From: Scyliorhinus canicula
Lineage: Eukaryota
DNA: 64,000 bases
Reading direction: 5' to 3'
NCBI RefSeq assembly: GCF_902713615.1
Contig: NC_052163.1
Span: forward strand, 56,034,878 to 56,098,877
Positions 12,556-25,622 of the stretch are shown here, one piece after another (within the stretch, counting starts at the first letter, position 1; every line of letters begins with the position of its first letter). The notes under the pieces were generated by a model. That model was given only the letters and a program-made list of their open reading frames with translations, made no database searches and was not told the DNA's origin. Both the position numbers and the translations under genes were made by a program.

Positions 12556-12742
12556 GGGCAGCACAGTGGGTTAGCCCTGCTGCCTCACAGCCCTGTGTGG
12601 AGTTTGCACATTCTCCCCGTGTTTGCATTGGCTTTCGCCCCCACAACCCAAAAGATTATGCAGGCTAGGTGGACTGGCCACGCTAAATTGCCCCTGAATT
12701 GGAAAAAATTAATTGGGTATTCTAAATTTATTGTTTTTAAAT
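12556..12742 (+). mobile_element. Short A/T-tailed V-SINE variant
   Basis: tRNA head and V core ending in ...TCTAAATT; TSD ATTGATTTGTTA on both sides. Confidence 0.8.
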
Positions 12743-13618
12743 ATTGATTTGTTAAAAGTGTATTGGAAGGTTCTTTAATGCCCAGGGCTAAAGCTGTAAC
12801 TGTCTTTGTGACTCAATGTAAAGTAATGCCATTTGATTTTAAAATGCCCAGCTACATTTCAACTGCTCATACATCAAGTCGTGACAAGGATCCCTAAACT
12901 GTGTGGCCTATTTGGATGATGTAGTAGTTTATAATGACACATGGAAGGACCATGTAAGACAATTGGAGGAGATATTTAAGCAACTGCAGTTGGCCAATTT
13001 AGTCACCAATTCGGCTAAAAGCGACTTTGCCAAAGCAAAAATGAACTACCTGGACAGGGACATATCTACGTTATGTGACAGGGACAAGTGGGATCCAGAA
13101 CAGCCAAGGTAAGTAAGAGCGTTACTAGATTTCCCCATTCCCAAAACAAAACGAGAGATTATGAGGTTCCTGGGCTTGTGTGGTTCTATAGAAAATTTGT
13201 TGCTAACCTTAGTATCATAGCGGTACCTTTGACTAGTATATTGCAGAAACAAGCAAAAATGGCATTGTCCACAGAACGCCAAACAGCTTTTCAGAAAATG
13301 AGGGCCATTTTGGGAAGCGAATCAATGTTGTCTGCCCCTGATTTTTCCAAACCATTTAAAATGGACACGGATTCCAGAGACCTGGGGGCAAGGGCAATAT
13401 TACTACAGGATGACGAGTCAGCAAGAGAGAGGCCCGTGGGATACTTTTCGAAGAAACTAAGTCCGTGCCAAGGAAAGCATTCCACCATTGAGAAGGAAGA
13501 GTTAGTATTGCTACTAGCCCTTCAACATTTTGTAGTTTATGACCGGCATGATAATAAGCAAAGCCTTGTCTATGCTGACCATATCCCCTTGTGTTCATGG
13601 GAAAGTTTAAAATTTGGA

Positions 13619-13825
13619 GGGCAGCACGGTTGCGCAGTGGTTAGCACTGCTGCCTCACGGCACCGAGGACACGGGTTCAATCCCGGTCCCAGGTCAGCGT
13701 CTTTGTGGAGTTTGCACATTCTCCCTGTGTCTGTGTGGGTCTCACCCCCACAACCCAAAGATGTGCAAGGTAGGTGGACTGACCATGCTAAATTGCCCCT
13801 TAATTGGAAAAATTAAAGAAAAAGC
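13619..13825 (+). mobile_element. Short A-tailed V-SINE in the Gypsy RNase H
   Basis: GGGCAGCACGG head, B box, V core, AATTGGAAAAA end. Confidence 0.8.
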
Positions 13826-13912
13826 TCTCGGAACGCAAGATTGTTCCATTCGAATTTACTGTTGCAACCTTGTGCAAATTCCTGGAAAGGACAATATTAT
13901 TGCAAATGCAAT

Positions 13913-14404
13913 GGGCGGGATTCTCCGACTCTCCGCCGGGGCGGAGAATCGCCCGGGGCCGGCGTCAATCCTGCCCCCACCATGTCCCGAATTCTCCGCC
14001 ACCCGGGATTTGGCGGGGGCGGAAATCGCGCCGCGCCGGTTGGCGGGCCCCCCGCGGCGATTCTCCAGCCCGCGATGGGCCGAAGTCCCGCCGCTGAGAA
14101 GCCTCTCCTGCCGGCGTGGATTAAACCACCTCTCTTACCAGCGGGATTGGCGGCACGGGCGGGCGCCGGGGTCCTGGGGGGTGAACGCGGGGCGATCTGA
14201 CCCCGGGGGGGGTGCCCCACGGTGGCCTGACCCGCGATCGGGGCCCACCGATCGGCGGGCAGGCCTGTGCCGTGGGGGCACTCTTTTTCTTCCGCCTTCA
14301 CCATGGTCTTCACCATGGCGGAGGCGGAAGAGACCCCCTCCCCTGCGCATGCCACTCCAACACGCCGGACCCCCTACCCCGCCGGGTAGGGGAGAATCCC
14401 GGCC
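13913..14404. mobile_element. GC-rich PIF/Harbinger-type MITE, internally deleted
   Basis: TIR GGGCGGGATTCTCC / GGAGAATCCCGGCC; TSD AAT. Confidence 0.85.
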
Positions 14405-14756
14405 AATGTTAGGAATGTTAATAAGTTGCAGATATAAGAATTTGGGGAACTTAGGTAGTGAGAAAGGATGGCTGAATGGTTGTGTGTTTTGTGGTTTGTG
14501 TCACATGCCCTGTGATGAAACGTCTTTACAACAACGTTGCATTCTCTAAGGGGGTGGTATGTAAGAATCCTTCCTGTTTATTTCCTTTGTTCCCATTTCA
14601 TTTATGTTATTTTATTATTTTGGTCCATGCACCCACGATCAGAATGTGCCTTTAAGCTGAAGACTCGAGGCTGAAGCAGCCTGATTGTTAAGGAACTTTA
14701 TTTCCAGGTTTTGTTTTTAGCCAGACCCTTGGTACTAAGTGGATGTTAGGAACCAG

Positions 14757-15371
14757 GGCCGGGATTCTCCCCTACCCGGCGTCGGGCCTCCTCAAAGGTA
14801 TGGAATTTTCTGCACCTTTAGGGATTAGGCCCCCGCCGGAGTGGTTGGCGCCACGCCGACTGGCGCCAAAACCGGCGGCAACGGCTTTTGACGCCCGCCG
14901 CCCGGTGTCGGGGCAGGCTGAAAAGCCTTCGGCGGTTCGCGCATGTGCCGGTGCGTAGGCAGCCTCCACACTGGTGAAGGCCGTGGTGGCGGCGGAAGAA
15001 AAAGAGTGCCCCCACGGCGCTGGCCCGCCTGCCGATCGGTCGGCCCTGATCGCGGGCCAGGCCACCGTGTGGGCACCCCCCAGGGTCCGATCGCCCCGCC
15101 CCCCCCCCAGGACCCCGGGGGCCCGCTTGCGCCGCCAATCCCGCCGGCACCAGAGGTGCTCCAATTCCCGCCGGCGGGATTTGCCTGTCAGCGGCGGGAC
15201 TTCGGCACATCGCGGGCCGGAGAATTGCCGCGGGGGGCACGCCGATCGGCAGGGCGTGATTCCCGCTCCCACCAATTCCCGGGTGATGGAGAATTCGGCC
15301 ACGGCGGGGGCGGGATTTAGGCCGGCCCCAGGCGATTCCCCGACCCTGCGAGGGGTCGGAGAATTCCGCCC
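14757..15371. mobile_element. GC-rich PIF/Harbinger-type MITE in the Gypsy LTR
   Basis: TIR GGCCGGGATTCTCC / GGAGAATTCCGCCC; TSD CAG. Confidence 0.85.
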
Positions 15372-15849
15372 CAGGTTTGGATAGAATTGGATCGATAGGT
15401 TGGCTGGCAACTGGTGGGTTGGCTGGGGATAGTTTTCTGCCTGACAATAGTCAGGAATTGATTCGTGCATGAAGCATTCTGAGAGAACTGGGCAGAAACC
15501 TTTAGACTTTAAAATGAAAGGAATGTTCTCTCTCTCTCTCTCCTGTCTCTCTTGCTTGCTGAAATGAAAGCACTGCTTTACTGTTCTGAAACAGTGGGGG
15601 CCAGTACAGCCTTTACTGTAAATCTGAAATGATGCGGAGTCTACAAAGAAGGTAGACAACCTTGCCAGAGAAAACCATCTGGAGGTTCGAAGGAAGTAGG
15701 ATCAAAACAAAAGCTTGAACATCAGAACAACACTAATTAGAAGTCATCCCAGTTCATCACAGATCCTCAACCTTTTATTTTTATAAATTTTTTTTTCTCT
15801 TTCCACAACCCTTTCCCCTCTGTGTTGTTTGTTTGTGCACTAAACCAGG

Positions 15850-16750
15850 GTTTCATGACAATTGGTGTCATTCAAGACATTTCCAAATTCACCCTATTCA
15901 GCCAATTTCTTCAAAGTTGCTACGAACTGTGTGGTTGATTCAGTTTCTTGTTGGTTATGTTTGTGGAACCTGAACCTCTCAGCGATAACAAAAGAGAAGT
16001 GATGAGAAGTGGCCCTATGATATATTCATAATCTCACCATACGGTTTCGAGACTGTTTTTTTTTTGGTTGCACCACACTTCGCAGTAGGTTGAAGGTCCC
16101 CCCCCTCCCCACATTGTACCAAGAGAAGTTGAGCCTACTGTGTTGCCAAAATTATGTTTGCCTGGACAAAGTATTCCAGTCATTCAGTGAATGAGCTCCA
16201 TTACTCGATGCTTTTGTAGTATGGTCGCTTGGTGCTAAAAGCTCCTGTCATTTTACTCCAGGAAGTCTTGCATAAGCACAAATATGCCACAAGGATTTTA
16301 GCACCACCATCCTTCTTTTCCTTCATTTCAAACAAGGTAACACTGAGCTCAACTTGTTTCCTTCTGAGTTTTGATCACACCCAGCTCTAAACTATTATTG
16401 TAGGGCATTTGCTACTTTACTTGCTACTCACAGTAGTTCCAGAACTACTGTTTCAGAACTTTCCGGGCAGAGCACATAGCAAGCTTCTTTTGATGCAGTT
16501 TTCACCGAAGTCGTTGTTTAAATTTTTGTTCCTCCGACGGTTACTGCTATTATTTGGCACTCCTCTGTTGCCAGCTTTGGTGCATGCAATGTTTCTATCT
16601 TCTTAATCCTTTTTGGATAGCTGCACACGGGTTGAAAATGTTTCTATTTTTTTTTGTTTACTTCTCCAGGAGCCTGCTAGCCTATTGCTGACCTCCTCAG
16701 CACCAGGTTTCTTTCTGGTATGTTTAAAGGATAGGCTTGCAGACCACATA
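15850..16750 (-). mobile_element. Degenerate Gypsy gag and leader fragment
   Basis: Minus-strand translation VIAERFRFHKHNQQETESTTQFVATLKKLAE and LEYFVQAN. Confidence 0.65.
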
Positions 16751-16755
16751 GGTAC

Positions 16756-17118
16756 TGTCGTGATCTCTGTATGTGCTAATACATGTTCAGTTAATGTAAA
16801 GTCAGTCCAGACAGATGATCACTAGATGGCAACACTAACAGGACCTATAAAAGGAGTTTCCTGCTCTTTCTTAGTTAATGTGGGTGAAGACGTGATCAGA
16901 TCAGAGTGTAGTGTATTATTATAATTGTTAATTTAATATAACCTTACATATTTTTTTTACTAGCTTAGTATTGAAGTGAAAGAACTCACTAGTTTATTAT
17001 ATATTACTCAATAAACATTTTTGTCATCATCTGGAAGACTTTGACTTTTTATCAGAATTCAACACAACTCAGCAAGGCAAAAAGAGTAATATTTATATTA
17101 CAATATCGTAATATAACA
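16756..17118. mobile_element. Solo LTR, same family as 47150-47981
   Basis: TG...CA ends, TSD GGTAC, TATAAAA and AATAAA motifs, similarity to the 47150 copy. Confidence 0.85.
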
Positions 17119-17499
17119 GGTACAAACAAACAAGAGCTTTATTGGAAAGATGGTTTTAAAAAAATCATTTTTGAGATGTGAGCGTCGCTGGCTGGGCCAG
17201 CATTTGTTGCCCATCCCTAATTGCCCTTGCGTTGCCAAACATCAACCACTTCAAATACAGTTAAATCCTGTCAATTTCTAGCTGAGCACTTCAAAATCAT
17301 TCAAGCATGAAGAGGCGTGATTGGAATGAAATGGGGTTAAATTCATTCACTTGTTTTAGTGAAAAATATTGCTGAAACTATTAAATGGAAACCATAAAAT
17401 GAGGACAACTCTTTATGCTCACGCTGACTTTTTCAAGCAAATGGAGGAAACATATGACGATTCTACCTATCCTGGAGGACACATGTTTATATGTTAACA

Positions 17500-18030
17500 G
17501 AGGAATGTAAGAACAGGAGTTGTCCAACCAACCTCCCAAACAGTCCCACCATTCAATGAGATGATGGCTGATCTGTATTTTAATTCCATCTGTGTTCATT
17601 TCTTCCATATCCTTTTGTTCCCTTGTCAAGCAAAAAAAATCAATCTCCTATTTTAAGTTATGAATTGAGCGCCATCATTAACTGCTTTCTGTGGGAGAAA
17701 TTGCCATGCTTCTACTATCATTTTCATGAAGAAGCTATTCCTAACTTCTCTTTCAAATGCCTTGACTCAGATTTTTAGGTCACACCCCCATGTTCTGGAC
17801 CGTGGACGACTATCCCCTCCATCAATTTCTTTCCAAATCCTCAATCAAACCACTCTTGAACTTAATACAGGGAAAAGAAGCCATGTTTATCGAACGTGTT
17901 GTGAAAATCTACCTCCAGTATTCCGGTAAATCTAGGCTGAACTCCTCCAAAGGTGAAGGTGTAGCACCCAGATCTGCATAAAATATTCCAAATGAGGAGT
18001 AACCAGGGCTTTGCCATTCCAAGCTCAGTT
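17500..18030 (-). mobile_element. Old CR1 3' fragment
   Basis: Degenerate similarity to the CR1 3' ORF2/UTR seen elsewhere in the window. Confidence 0.55.
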
Positions 18031-19234
18031 GCAGGTTTTTAATAGTTGCTTTGGGAGTGAGGCCTGGAGAACCAAGGACCAGGGAGCAATGTCCAGGGAA
18101 CTGAGATGCTGGGACACAGGGATTAGGGAACACATTATCAGCACCGGGGGCTCCATCGCCTCAGCAAGCAATGTGCCAGGGGGGCAGTGCCCTGCATGTT
18201 CATCTCCCCCCCTCCAGGGGCTATACTTACGTTTGCGCCCCAGGTGATCCCCTCAACTGAATCTTGTTGCTCAAAATCTGTTGTAAACCTCCCCAATTTT
18301 ACATCACAAGTGGGGATGGGCAACAAATGCCGACCTTATCAGTGATATCCGCATCCCATGAAACAACAAACAATTCTCCCCTCAATGACACTGTCAAAAA
18401 CTGACAGCAAAGCTATCACACTGAACTGAACCAATATCTTAAATATAAACAGAAAATATTGAAAATGTTCACATCGCAGCAGAAAATTATAGGCAAACGG
18501 TCCAGAAAGTTAATTTATCTTTCAACTGCTCATTGTCTTTCTGGGTTTTCACAGTTGTTTGTGCGTTTTTTGGGGGGGATTTTCACCAGAAATAAATATT
18601 CTTCTTTTTGGTGCGATTGAACCATTCTGGGAGGGAATCAAGGGGTTGTTCCCAGTGCTACAAGCACGCCCCCCCCCCCCCCCCCCCACCCCCCCACTCC
18701 CCCACCGAGCCAACGGTCAGTTGCACTTCCTGCACTGAGGAGTAGCACTCACCAGAACGTCACAGTTCAGGAGGAGATCGGGACGCTATTTTTAAATGGC
18801 TCACGCGACCCCCTGATGCTCATCTATAAGGGGATCCGGCACCTCAGCACCCCACCTCACATGGGCAGGGCTTCCCAGACCTGATTTCCAGTGCGGGCAA
18901 AATGCCAGCCTGGCACTTTGGCACTGCCATCCTGGCACCACCCCTGTCAGCCTGTAAGTGCCAACTGGGAACTATGGCAGTGCCAAAATGGCTCTCAGGT
19001 TGCACTGCCAGGGTACCAAGCTGGCAGTGCTAAGGTAGCCAGAGGCCAATCACACAGGGGCCCCGATTCCTTGGGAGATCCCTCCCCAAAGTGACATCCT
19101 GCCTGGGTCCCGTTTGTGGGGACCAGTGCTGAATGGCACTCACCTAAGGTCTCCAAGGCAAAGGGGTTAGATCCCAATGCCTTGGGTAGATCAGGTGAGC
19201 GCATACTAGATTGAGAGTAGCTACTCATTCAAAT

Positions 19235-19603
19235 ATAGAAATCATAGAACTTACAGTGCAGAAGGAGGCCACTCGGCCCATCGAGTCTGCACCAGCCCTT
19301 GGTAAGAGCACTCCACTCAAACCCACACCTCCACCCCATCCCCGTAACCCAGAACCTCAACTAACCTGTTTTGGACAATAAGGGCTATTTTATCAGGGCC
19401 AATCCACCTAACCTGCACATCTTTGGACTGTGGGAGGAAACAGGAGCAGCCGGAGGAAATCCATGCAGACACTGGGAGAATGTGCAGACTCCACACAGAC
19501 AATGACCCAAGCCGGGAATCGAACCTGGGACCCTGGAGCTGTGAAGCAACTGTGTTAACCACTGTGCTACCGTTCCGCCCTACCGTGTTCTACCGTGCTG
19601 CCC
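19235..19603 (-). mobile_element. V-SINE with CR1-type tail, inside an older GC-rich element (about 18570-19755)
   Basis: Same head and core; TAGAAATCATAGAA tail. Confidence 0.8.
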
Positions 19604-19957
19604 TAAATATGCAGATTTGCAATTACTGATCACGACATCTCGCTCAATCCCATTAGATAGTACGACGCATAGCAAGCTGGGTAAATCCTGGGAGAGGCCT
19701 CCCCTGGCCTTGTCGTGTCCTGGTTCTGGTGGGACATTACCAATAGATTGTGCCCATAATCATTGCAAACTTTGAGCGCAGCTGTAAAATATAGTCCCCA
19801 GCTACCACTTTACATTCAGGTGACTCACTATAAACACAGAATAAAACTACATCTTGTTCAAATTGACTACTGTCCAGAAATGCAAGTTATTCCTGCTAAT
19901 TCAATCTTCAACCAGTCTCAAGTTGTCTACCAGTAGTGTAAATATTGTAACATTGAT

Positions 19958-20888
19958 ATGATATGTGCATGGGTGTTTCTAATCTGCAATTTCACCAGTT
20001 GATCAAACATATATTGAATTGCTTAAAGAACACTTTTTAAAGCAAGAGCAGACACTGACTAATGGTGGCTGCCAAAGGTGACCTGATGTGTTGCAGCTGG
20101 GCCAGTTTTCTGGAAAATTTTGATGTGAGTTACAATTCAAACATGCCATGATATCCTTCTCTGGAATTTCAAGTCGTGAACTCCTTCAAAAGGATTTAGT
20201 GAAAACTGAACTGGGCCTCACATTTTCATTTCTGTAAAGCTACCTCTCAAGCGGAGAGAGAGTAAGAAAGCCTATTGGGGCAATAGCTACGTGGAAAAAT
20301 GTTCTGCATACCTCATCAAGAAGGATAATGGATATTTGGGGGTTAATGGCTGGGACGTTGCAGAATCTAATCACCCTCGCAATTAAACAAAAACTAGGGT
20401 TGGTTCAGGTATCAACTAAAGCAAATATCTCCTGAAGTTGTTATGGGGAAAGAGGATCATGTGACTGGAGTAACCACTTTTGAAATCTCCTTTGGAATAA
20501 AACACGCAAGCTGGTAAAACAAGGGCTAGTAAGTTGCCAATGAAGCAATAATAGACTCCCTTTTCTTCTCCCTGAAGTCAAGGCCCTACCTTTGTTAGTT
20601 TAACAATCCCAACACAAAGAGAGTTTCAATTGAAAGGAACCTCAGGTGCAAAAAGCCATTGACTTCTGGAAAAGATGGATTAAGTTTTTAAAAATATATT
20701 GTCTGCAGCGACCACTCCTGGAACTTGAAGATTACCATGGAGAAAAATCTGCAGCAGCCAAGGACTCATAAACACTGAACTCTCAATCTCTTTACCTTTC
20801 AGTTTGCATGTGTGTGTGTGTATGTGTGTACGTGCTTGCGTGCGTACCTGCATGTGTGTGTGTATTCATGCTTACGTGCATATGTGCA

Positions 20889-20919
<31 letters not shown>

Positions 20920-21196
20920 AGGTTGCAAAGGTCAAGATACGAGTTTACCTTTTTAACTTCTTTAATATCTTTACCTGGGTCAGTTTTTCACTCAATAAAA
21001 CCTAACACCTTTTTTGTTTCAAACTCAAGAAAGGCTGCCAGATTAGTTTCTTTGTAACCAGGACATATACAGTTAAGCACAGACATTGAGTAAATACCTT
21101 CATCCTTGCAAGTACAAAATAAAAACCCAGTTACAGTCAGACTTGGAATGGTGATGAAGGAGAATTATTTTTACCCCTCCTCATGTGGGCGTAACA
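19958..21196. mobile_element. Probable long solo LTR containing a (TG)n microsatellite
   Basis: TG...TAACA ends, AATAAA near 20994, LTR-like composition; TSD not clear. Confidence 0.45.
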
Positions 21197-21291
21197 ACAT
21201 GTTATATCCAGGTACAATGGCATTGAAATCACAGTTATGACTTTCAGGCTCCCTGACAAGGGTCTAGGTAGCCACAAAAATTTGAATGGTT

Positions 21292-21519
21292 GGGGCAGCA
21301 CGGTGGCCTAGTGGTTAGCACAGCTGCCTACGGCGCTGAGGACCTGGGTTCAAATCCCGGCCCTGGGTCACTGTCTGTGAGGAGTTTGCACATTCTCCCC
21401 GTGTCTGCGTGGGTTTCGTCGCCACAACCCAAAAATGTGCAGGTTAGGAGGATTGGCCACGTTAAATTGCCCCTTAATTGGAAAAAATAATTGGGTACTC
21501 TAAATTTATTTTAAAAAAA
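21292..21519 (+). mobile_element. Short A-tailed V-SINE
   Basis: tRNA head, V core, A tail; TSD ATTTGAATGGT. Confidence 0.88.
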
Positions 21520-22416
21520 CATTTGAATGGTGATGTTCCCAGCATGATAATCAAAGTTGCACATTCAATCACAAGCTCCATCTTACTTCTGTGAGTGAAC
21601 AGCCCCAATACTATGTTGCATAATATCTCGGATGACGAAGATACCAACAATGTTCAGCAAACTCTTGCCTTGTTTGCTTGTGCTCCCCCTGCGTCATGGA
21701 AACAAATTTAATGATTTGCTTAATTTAATGATGCATTAGTAACATAAACAGTTTTAAAGAACAAGATTCACCTCTTAATTAGCCATATATAAATCTCATT
21801 TCCGAAACGTAATGATGAACACTAAAACCTGCTTGCTCACAATGGGACAGCTTAGTTGTAAGCTCAATTGGCACATATTTATTTACCGACCGGGTTATGG
21901 GGGTGAGCTCGGGGATGTGTGGGTAGGTGGTAGACTGGACACCTACCTCATTTTACATTGTTTCTCCCCACCCCCTACCAAAAACGTGCCTGGCAAGGGC
22001 ACTTAAAATTTAGTCTTTTGATTTAAAATGTTTACAGACCAATAGAGACAGAAAAATAATAAGAAAACCCATTGCATCACCATGACCTGTTTTCTACAGG
22101 ACAATAAATCTTCAAAACAACTAGAGAGTGCTGTCGCTATGAAAAGATTACTATTCAGCCCATGGCATGTGCAGTTTCCACCAGAAAACCTGCATCTCCT
22201 ATTAACTTAAACTTATCATTGAAAACATCTGATGAGATGGCATACCTCAGTATTGACATTATTCTCTAGACTACATGGATATGTACATATTCTTGATCTT
22301 CAACAAGCACCACCATGCTGTCATACTATACAAATCCAGGTTAAAACTGCACAACATAATTTATCACAATAAATAAGTTCACACCAAAGCAAAGTAAATC
22401 AGCAGTCAGAGAATAT

Positions 22417-23150
22417 TTGTGGAATTCTCCGCTCCCGCGCGGCATCGGGAAGGCCGTCGTGATCTCGGCCGAGTTTCACGACAGCCTCGGAGGCCGCTCC
22501 TCGCACCCTATTCACACCCTCAAGGGGCTAGGAGTGGCGCTCCGTAAATCTCAGCCGCCGGGCCCTGGTGCTTGCGTCAAGGCGGCACGCCGAGAATGAC
22601 GCAACGGCGGTGCCTAAGTGACGTCAGCCGTGCATGCGCAGGTTGGACGGCTCCAACCCGCGCATGCGCAGCCGACGTCACGACGGCTGACGGCTCCAAC
22701 CCTCGCATGCGCGGTTGCCGTCTTCCCCCCCGCTGCCCCGCAAGACGTGGCGGCTTGATCTTACTGGGCGGCGGAGGGGAAAGAGTGCGTCCCTTATAGA
22801 CGCCGGCCCGACAATCGGTGGGCACCGATCATGGGCCAGTCCCCTCCCGAGCACGGCCGTGGTGCTCACTCCCCTCTCCGCCCCCCACAAGCCACAAACG
22901 AGCATTTGGCGCCATGTTCACGTCGGCAGAGACCAGGTGTGGTTGCCGCCGTTGTGAACCGGTCGGGAACGTCAGGCCGCTCGGCCCATCCGGGCCAGAG
23001 AATTGCCGGTCGCCGTGAAAAACGGCGAGCAGCGATTGATCTGAGCGGGGGGTGGGAGAATCGCGGGGGGTGCCAGGGCAGTGTGGCGTGAGTCGCCCGG
23101 CCCTCCCGCGATTCTCTCTCACCCGGCGTGGGGAGCGGAGAATTCCGCCC
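22417..23150. mobile_element. GC-rich PIF/Harbinger-type MITE, second subfamily
   Basis: TIR (ttgt)GGAATTCTCCGCTCCC / GGGAGCGGAGAATTCCGCCC; TSD TAT. Confidence 0.82.
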
Positions 23151-23281
23151 TATGTACCTTACACCTTTATCTTAAACTGTCTTCAAAACTAAAAGAAGAA
23201 AATGCTTGAATCATTTGGTTTGATAATGCTGTTGAGCCTTTGTTCGAAGATTCTTTTGTTTATTCATCTATGTATCTTTGC

Positions 23282-24048
23282 TGATGTGAGCAGGATACTC
23301 AATTTGGGAACAGATTGAGGTAATTGAGGATCTGGTCTTGTGTAAGATGCTGATCACTGAGTGGGACAACCAAATAAAATGAATGTCAGACAGGCCTGCA
23401 ATGAAGCAACAAAAAATACAAAATGTATTGTCCACTGTGTGGAATGAAGGTGGGGACTTGGGCTCAGTTTAGAATTTGAGAGGAAATTAATTTGGAAGAA
23501 GCCTAGTTTGCAGCTAGAGGAAAATGTCTACAGTGGTCCTCACAGAGCCTTGTGGCAAAAAACATCTGTCCTGAATCTGTGGAGTAGACTCTGGGAAAAG
23601 TGGTCCATGTATTTCCAAAGCCAGGATAAGGAGCTGAAAGTTCCTCAGACATTTAGGTCTTCAAACAAAATTGAAGAGTTGCTTAGTGAAAAGCGAATGG
23701 AAGATTTCCATAAATCCTGTACCTAGGAGAAAGCTGGATTACTGAGGACATTAAAGAAAATTTTGGAGGACTGTGGGTTGCCCCCATGAAAAATGAATGA
23801 GCCTTCAAGATCTGTGTAATGTATAAAGGAAGTCTTGGGAGGGAAGTAACAAGTAGAATTGAGTTTATAGCAGTCTTTATAAACAACAATGTTAGGTCAG
23901 TGGTGCTTGCTTTGTTTAATTTCCATTTATATACAATAAAGTTTGTTTTTGTTTGAAATTGCGAATTCTTGTTATGTAATTTCTGTCAGTTAATAACTTG
24001 GTGTTGGAACTTCTCTGTAAACCTTAACAGCCCCTAACAGGAGCATAC
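23282..24048. mobile_element. Probable degenerate solo LTR
   Basis: TG...ACA ends, AATAAA near 23935; TSD not confirmed. Confidence 0.4.
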
Positions 24049-25396
24049 AATGCATCATTGTTTAATGCACCATAAAAATGGAAATATTGTACCATTGCAT
24101 GCTGTACCATCATGGTGGCAATGTTGTATGCTATTAGAGAGTGAAAGGTTGTTGGAAGCCAATTGTGTGCCAGTCAGTTGGAGAGGATGGTTAGGAGGGC
24201 ACAGGGCGAGGAGGGAATGGTTGGTCAGAAAACCTGAATTCACATGTTGCACACCAAAAAGGGAAATTACGAATAAGCAATGACTAAAGAATTATAAAGC
24301 ACATCCAAAAAACAAAAATGACTTATACACTTTTCTTTGTTTTACTGTTTTACCTCTTTACTAAATGACACACAAAAGGGTAAATTAAATGCACATGAGC
24401 ACTGAGATCACATGCTGAATGTTGGTGCTTTTTACTCGTTTTTTATTTACTGATTGGAAATGCAATTAGCTACATTTGGATTCCCAATTATCCATGTGTG
24501 ACTGATGGCTCGTGTATTGAATAACATTGGCCCACAATGTGTCACTGTGGCAGATTGTTTCTATTGCTCCAGTGTCTCAGATGCATCCAGGAGCTGTGTC
24601 CCGGATCTCATACACATCAATGTCAGCTTTTCTGTGTTATCTCCTTGAGTAATTAATGCCTTTGCACAGTGTGTACTGCAGAATTGTTGGTTCTGAAACA
24701 AATTTTAATCAGATTTTAGATATGGACATATGGTGATTGCATTAATGTGAGTGAGCATGCCAATTTTACCCAGGAACACAACTTTCCAGGAACAAACTTG
24801 TCTTTAATAAGTCACCCCCAGGGTGCTAATGCAGGCAGCTGTGGTACATTTGTCACAAGCAGCATAGGCCGCTTTTTTTGAAGTTTGTTTTTGTTCTCAC
24901 TGAGATCAAGGATTTTGAGGAATAGATTTTAAGTGCAGTAGTGCTAAGTGTCAGAGCAGTAAGCAGCGCAGAGCTACGGGCGAGGCAGAAATTTGTTTCA
25001 AGCCCAGCTCAGTTCAGCTCTGATCTGACTGGGACATAGACAAAAATAGTGAATAACAATCCTTAACCAAAGAGTATGACAATCTCCATTCCTGGCCCTC
25101 CGAATACCCAGGAGCAGAGTCAAGGCAGTTTTACTCTATCAATAGGGCATTGGGAAATCAGAAGGCAGTATCAGGCTAAGTAGCCATTTATAGTTTAAGA
25201 TGGCCTAAATATAGAAATGTAGAGAGATTGAACTGTCCTTCTGGTACTTGCTGCTGTAAAAGGTCCTGTTGATAATTTTATGTCTTACACTCACCACAAC
25301 TTTAAAAAAAAAAGGAATTTCATCCCCAAGTCCTGGTGAGCATATATGGGACTAAACAAATGATGGAAAATAATATTTATGAGGAAAATTATTACT

Positions 25397-25622
25397 TTAA
25401 AAAAGTAAATTTAGAGTGCCTAATTCAGTTTTTCCAATTAAGGGGCAATTTAGCGTGGCCAATCCACCGATCCTGCACATCTTTTGGTTGTGGAGGCAAA
25501 ATCCACGCAAACACGGGGAGAAAGTGCAAACTCCACAAGGACAGTGACCCAGAGTTGGGATCGAATCTGGGATCTAGGCATTGTGAGGCAGCAGTGCTAA
25601 CCACTGCACCACCATGCTGCCC
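25397..25622 (-). mobile_element. Short A/T-tailed V-SINE
   Basis: Reverse complement of the 21292 type; TSD AGGAAAATTATTAC. Confidence 0.82.

Larger units (their letters stand above)
4320..15840 (+). mobile_element. Degenerate Gmr1-like Gypsy element (integrase 4700-6400 upstream of RT 6560-6896/12522-13250 and RNase H 13330-13910; PPT about 14548-14559, then 3' LTR)
   Basis: Integrase zinc finger (AGHVGIQKT...RSCHACH) and core (VDCVGPLPK, THFPEAISLR, STAYHPQT) precede the RT (YPIPRLED, AYLDDVVVY) and RNase H (TDSRDLGARAILLQ, PVGYFSKKL, STIEKE) motifs on the same strand. Confidence 0.8.

Noticed and set aside
13614-15659. Long GC-rich ORFs (311 aa, 295 aa, and similar at 4862-5688, 22417-23122, 45427-46179, 48017-48823)
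   Set aside because: They are stop-poor frames across GC-rich MITEs and SINEs, open in several frames at once, with no domain motifs.
16262-16336. 75-nt exon-like segment (CCAG...AAG|GTAACA, EVLHKHKYATRILAPPSFFSFISNK)
   Set aside because: It lies antisense within the leader/gag start of a decayed Gypsy, so chance splice motifs are more likely.
21292-21365. tRNA genes
   Set aside because: The tRNA-like A/B boxes are SINE heads continuous with V core and tails.
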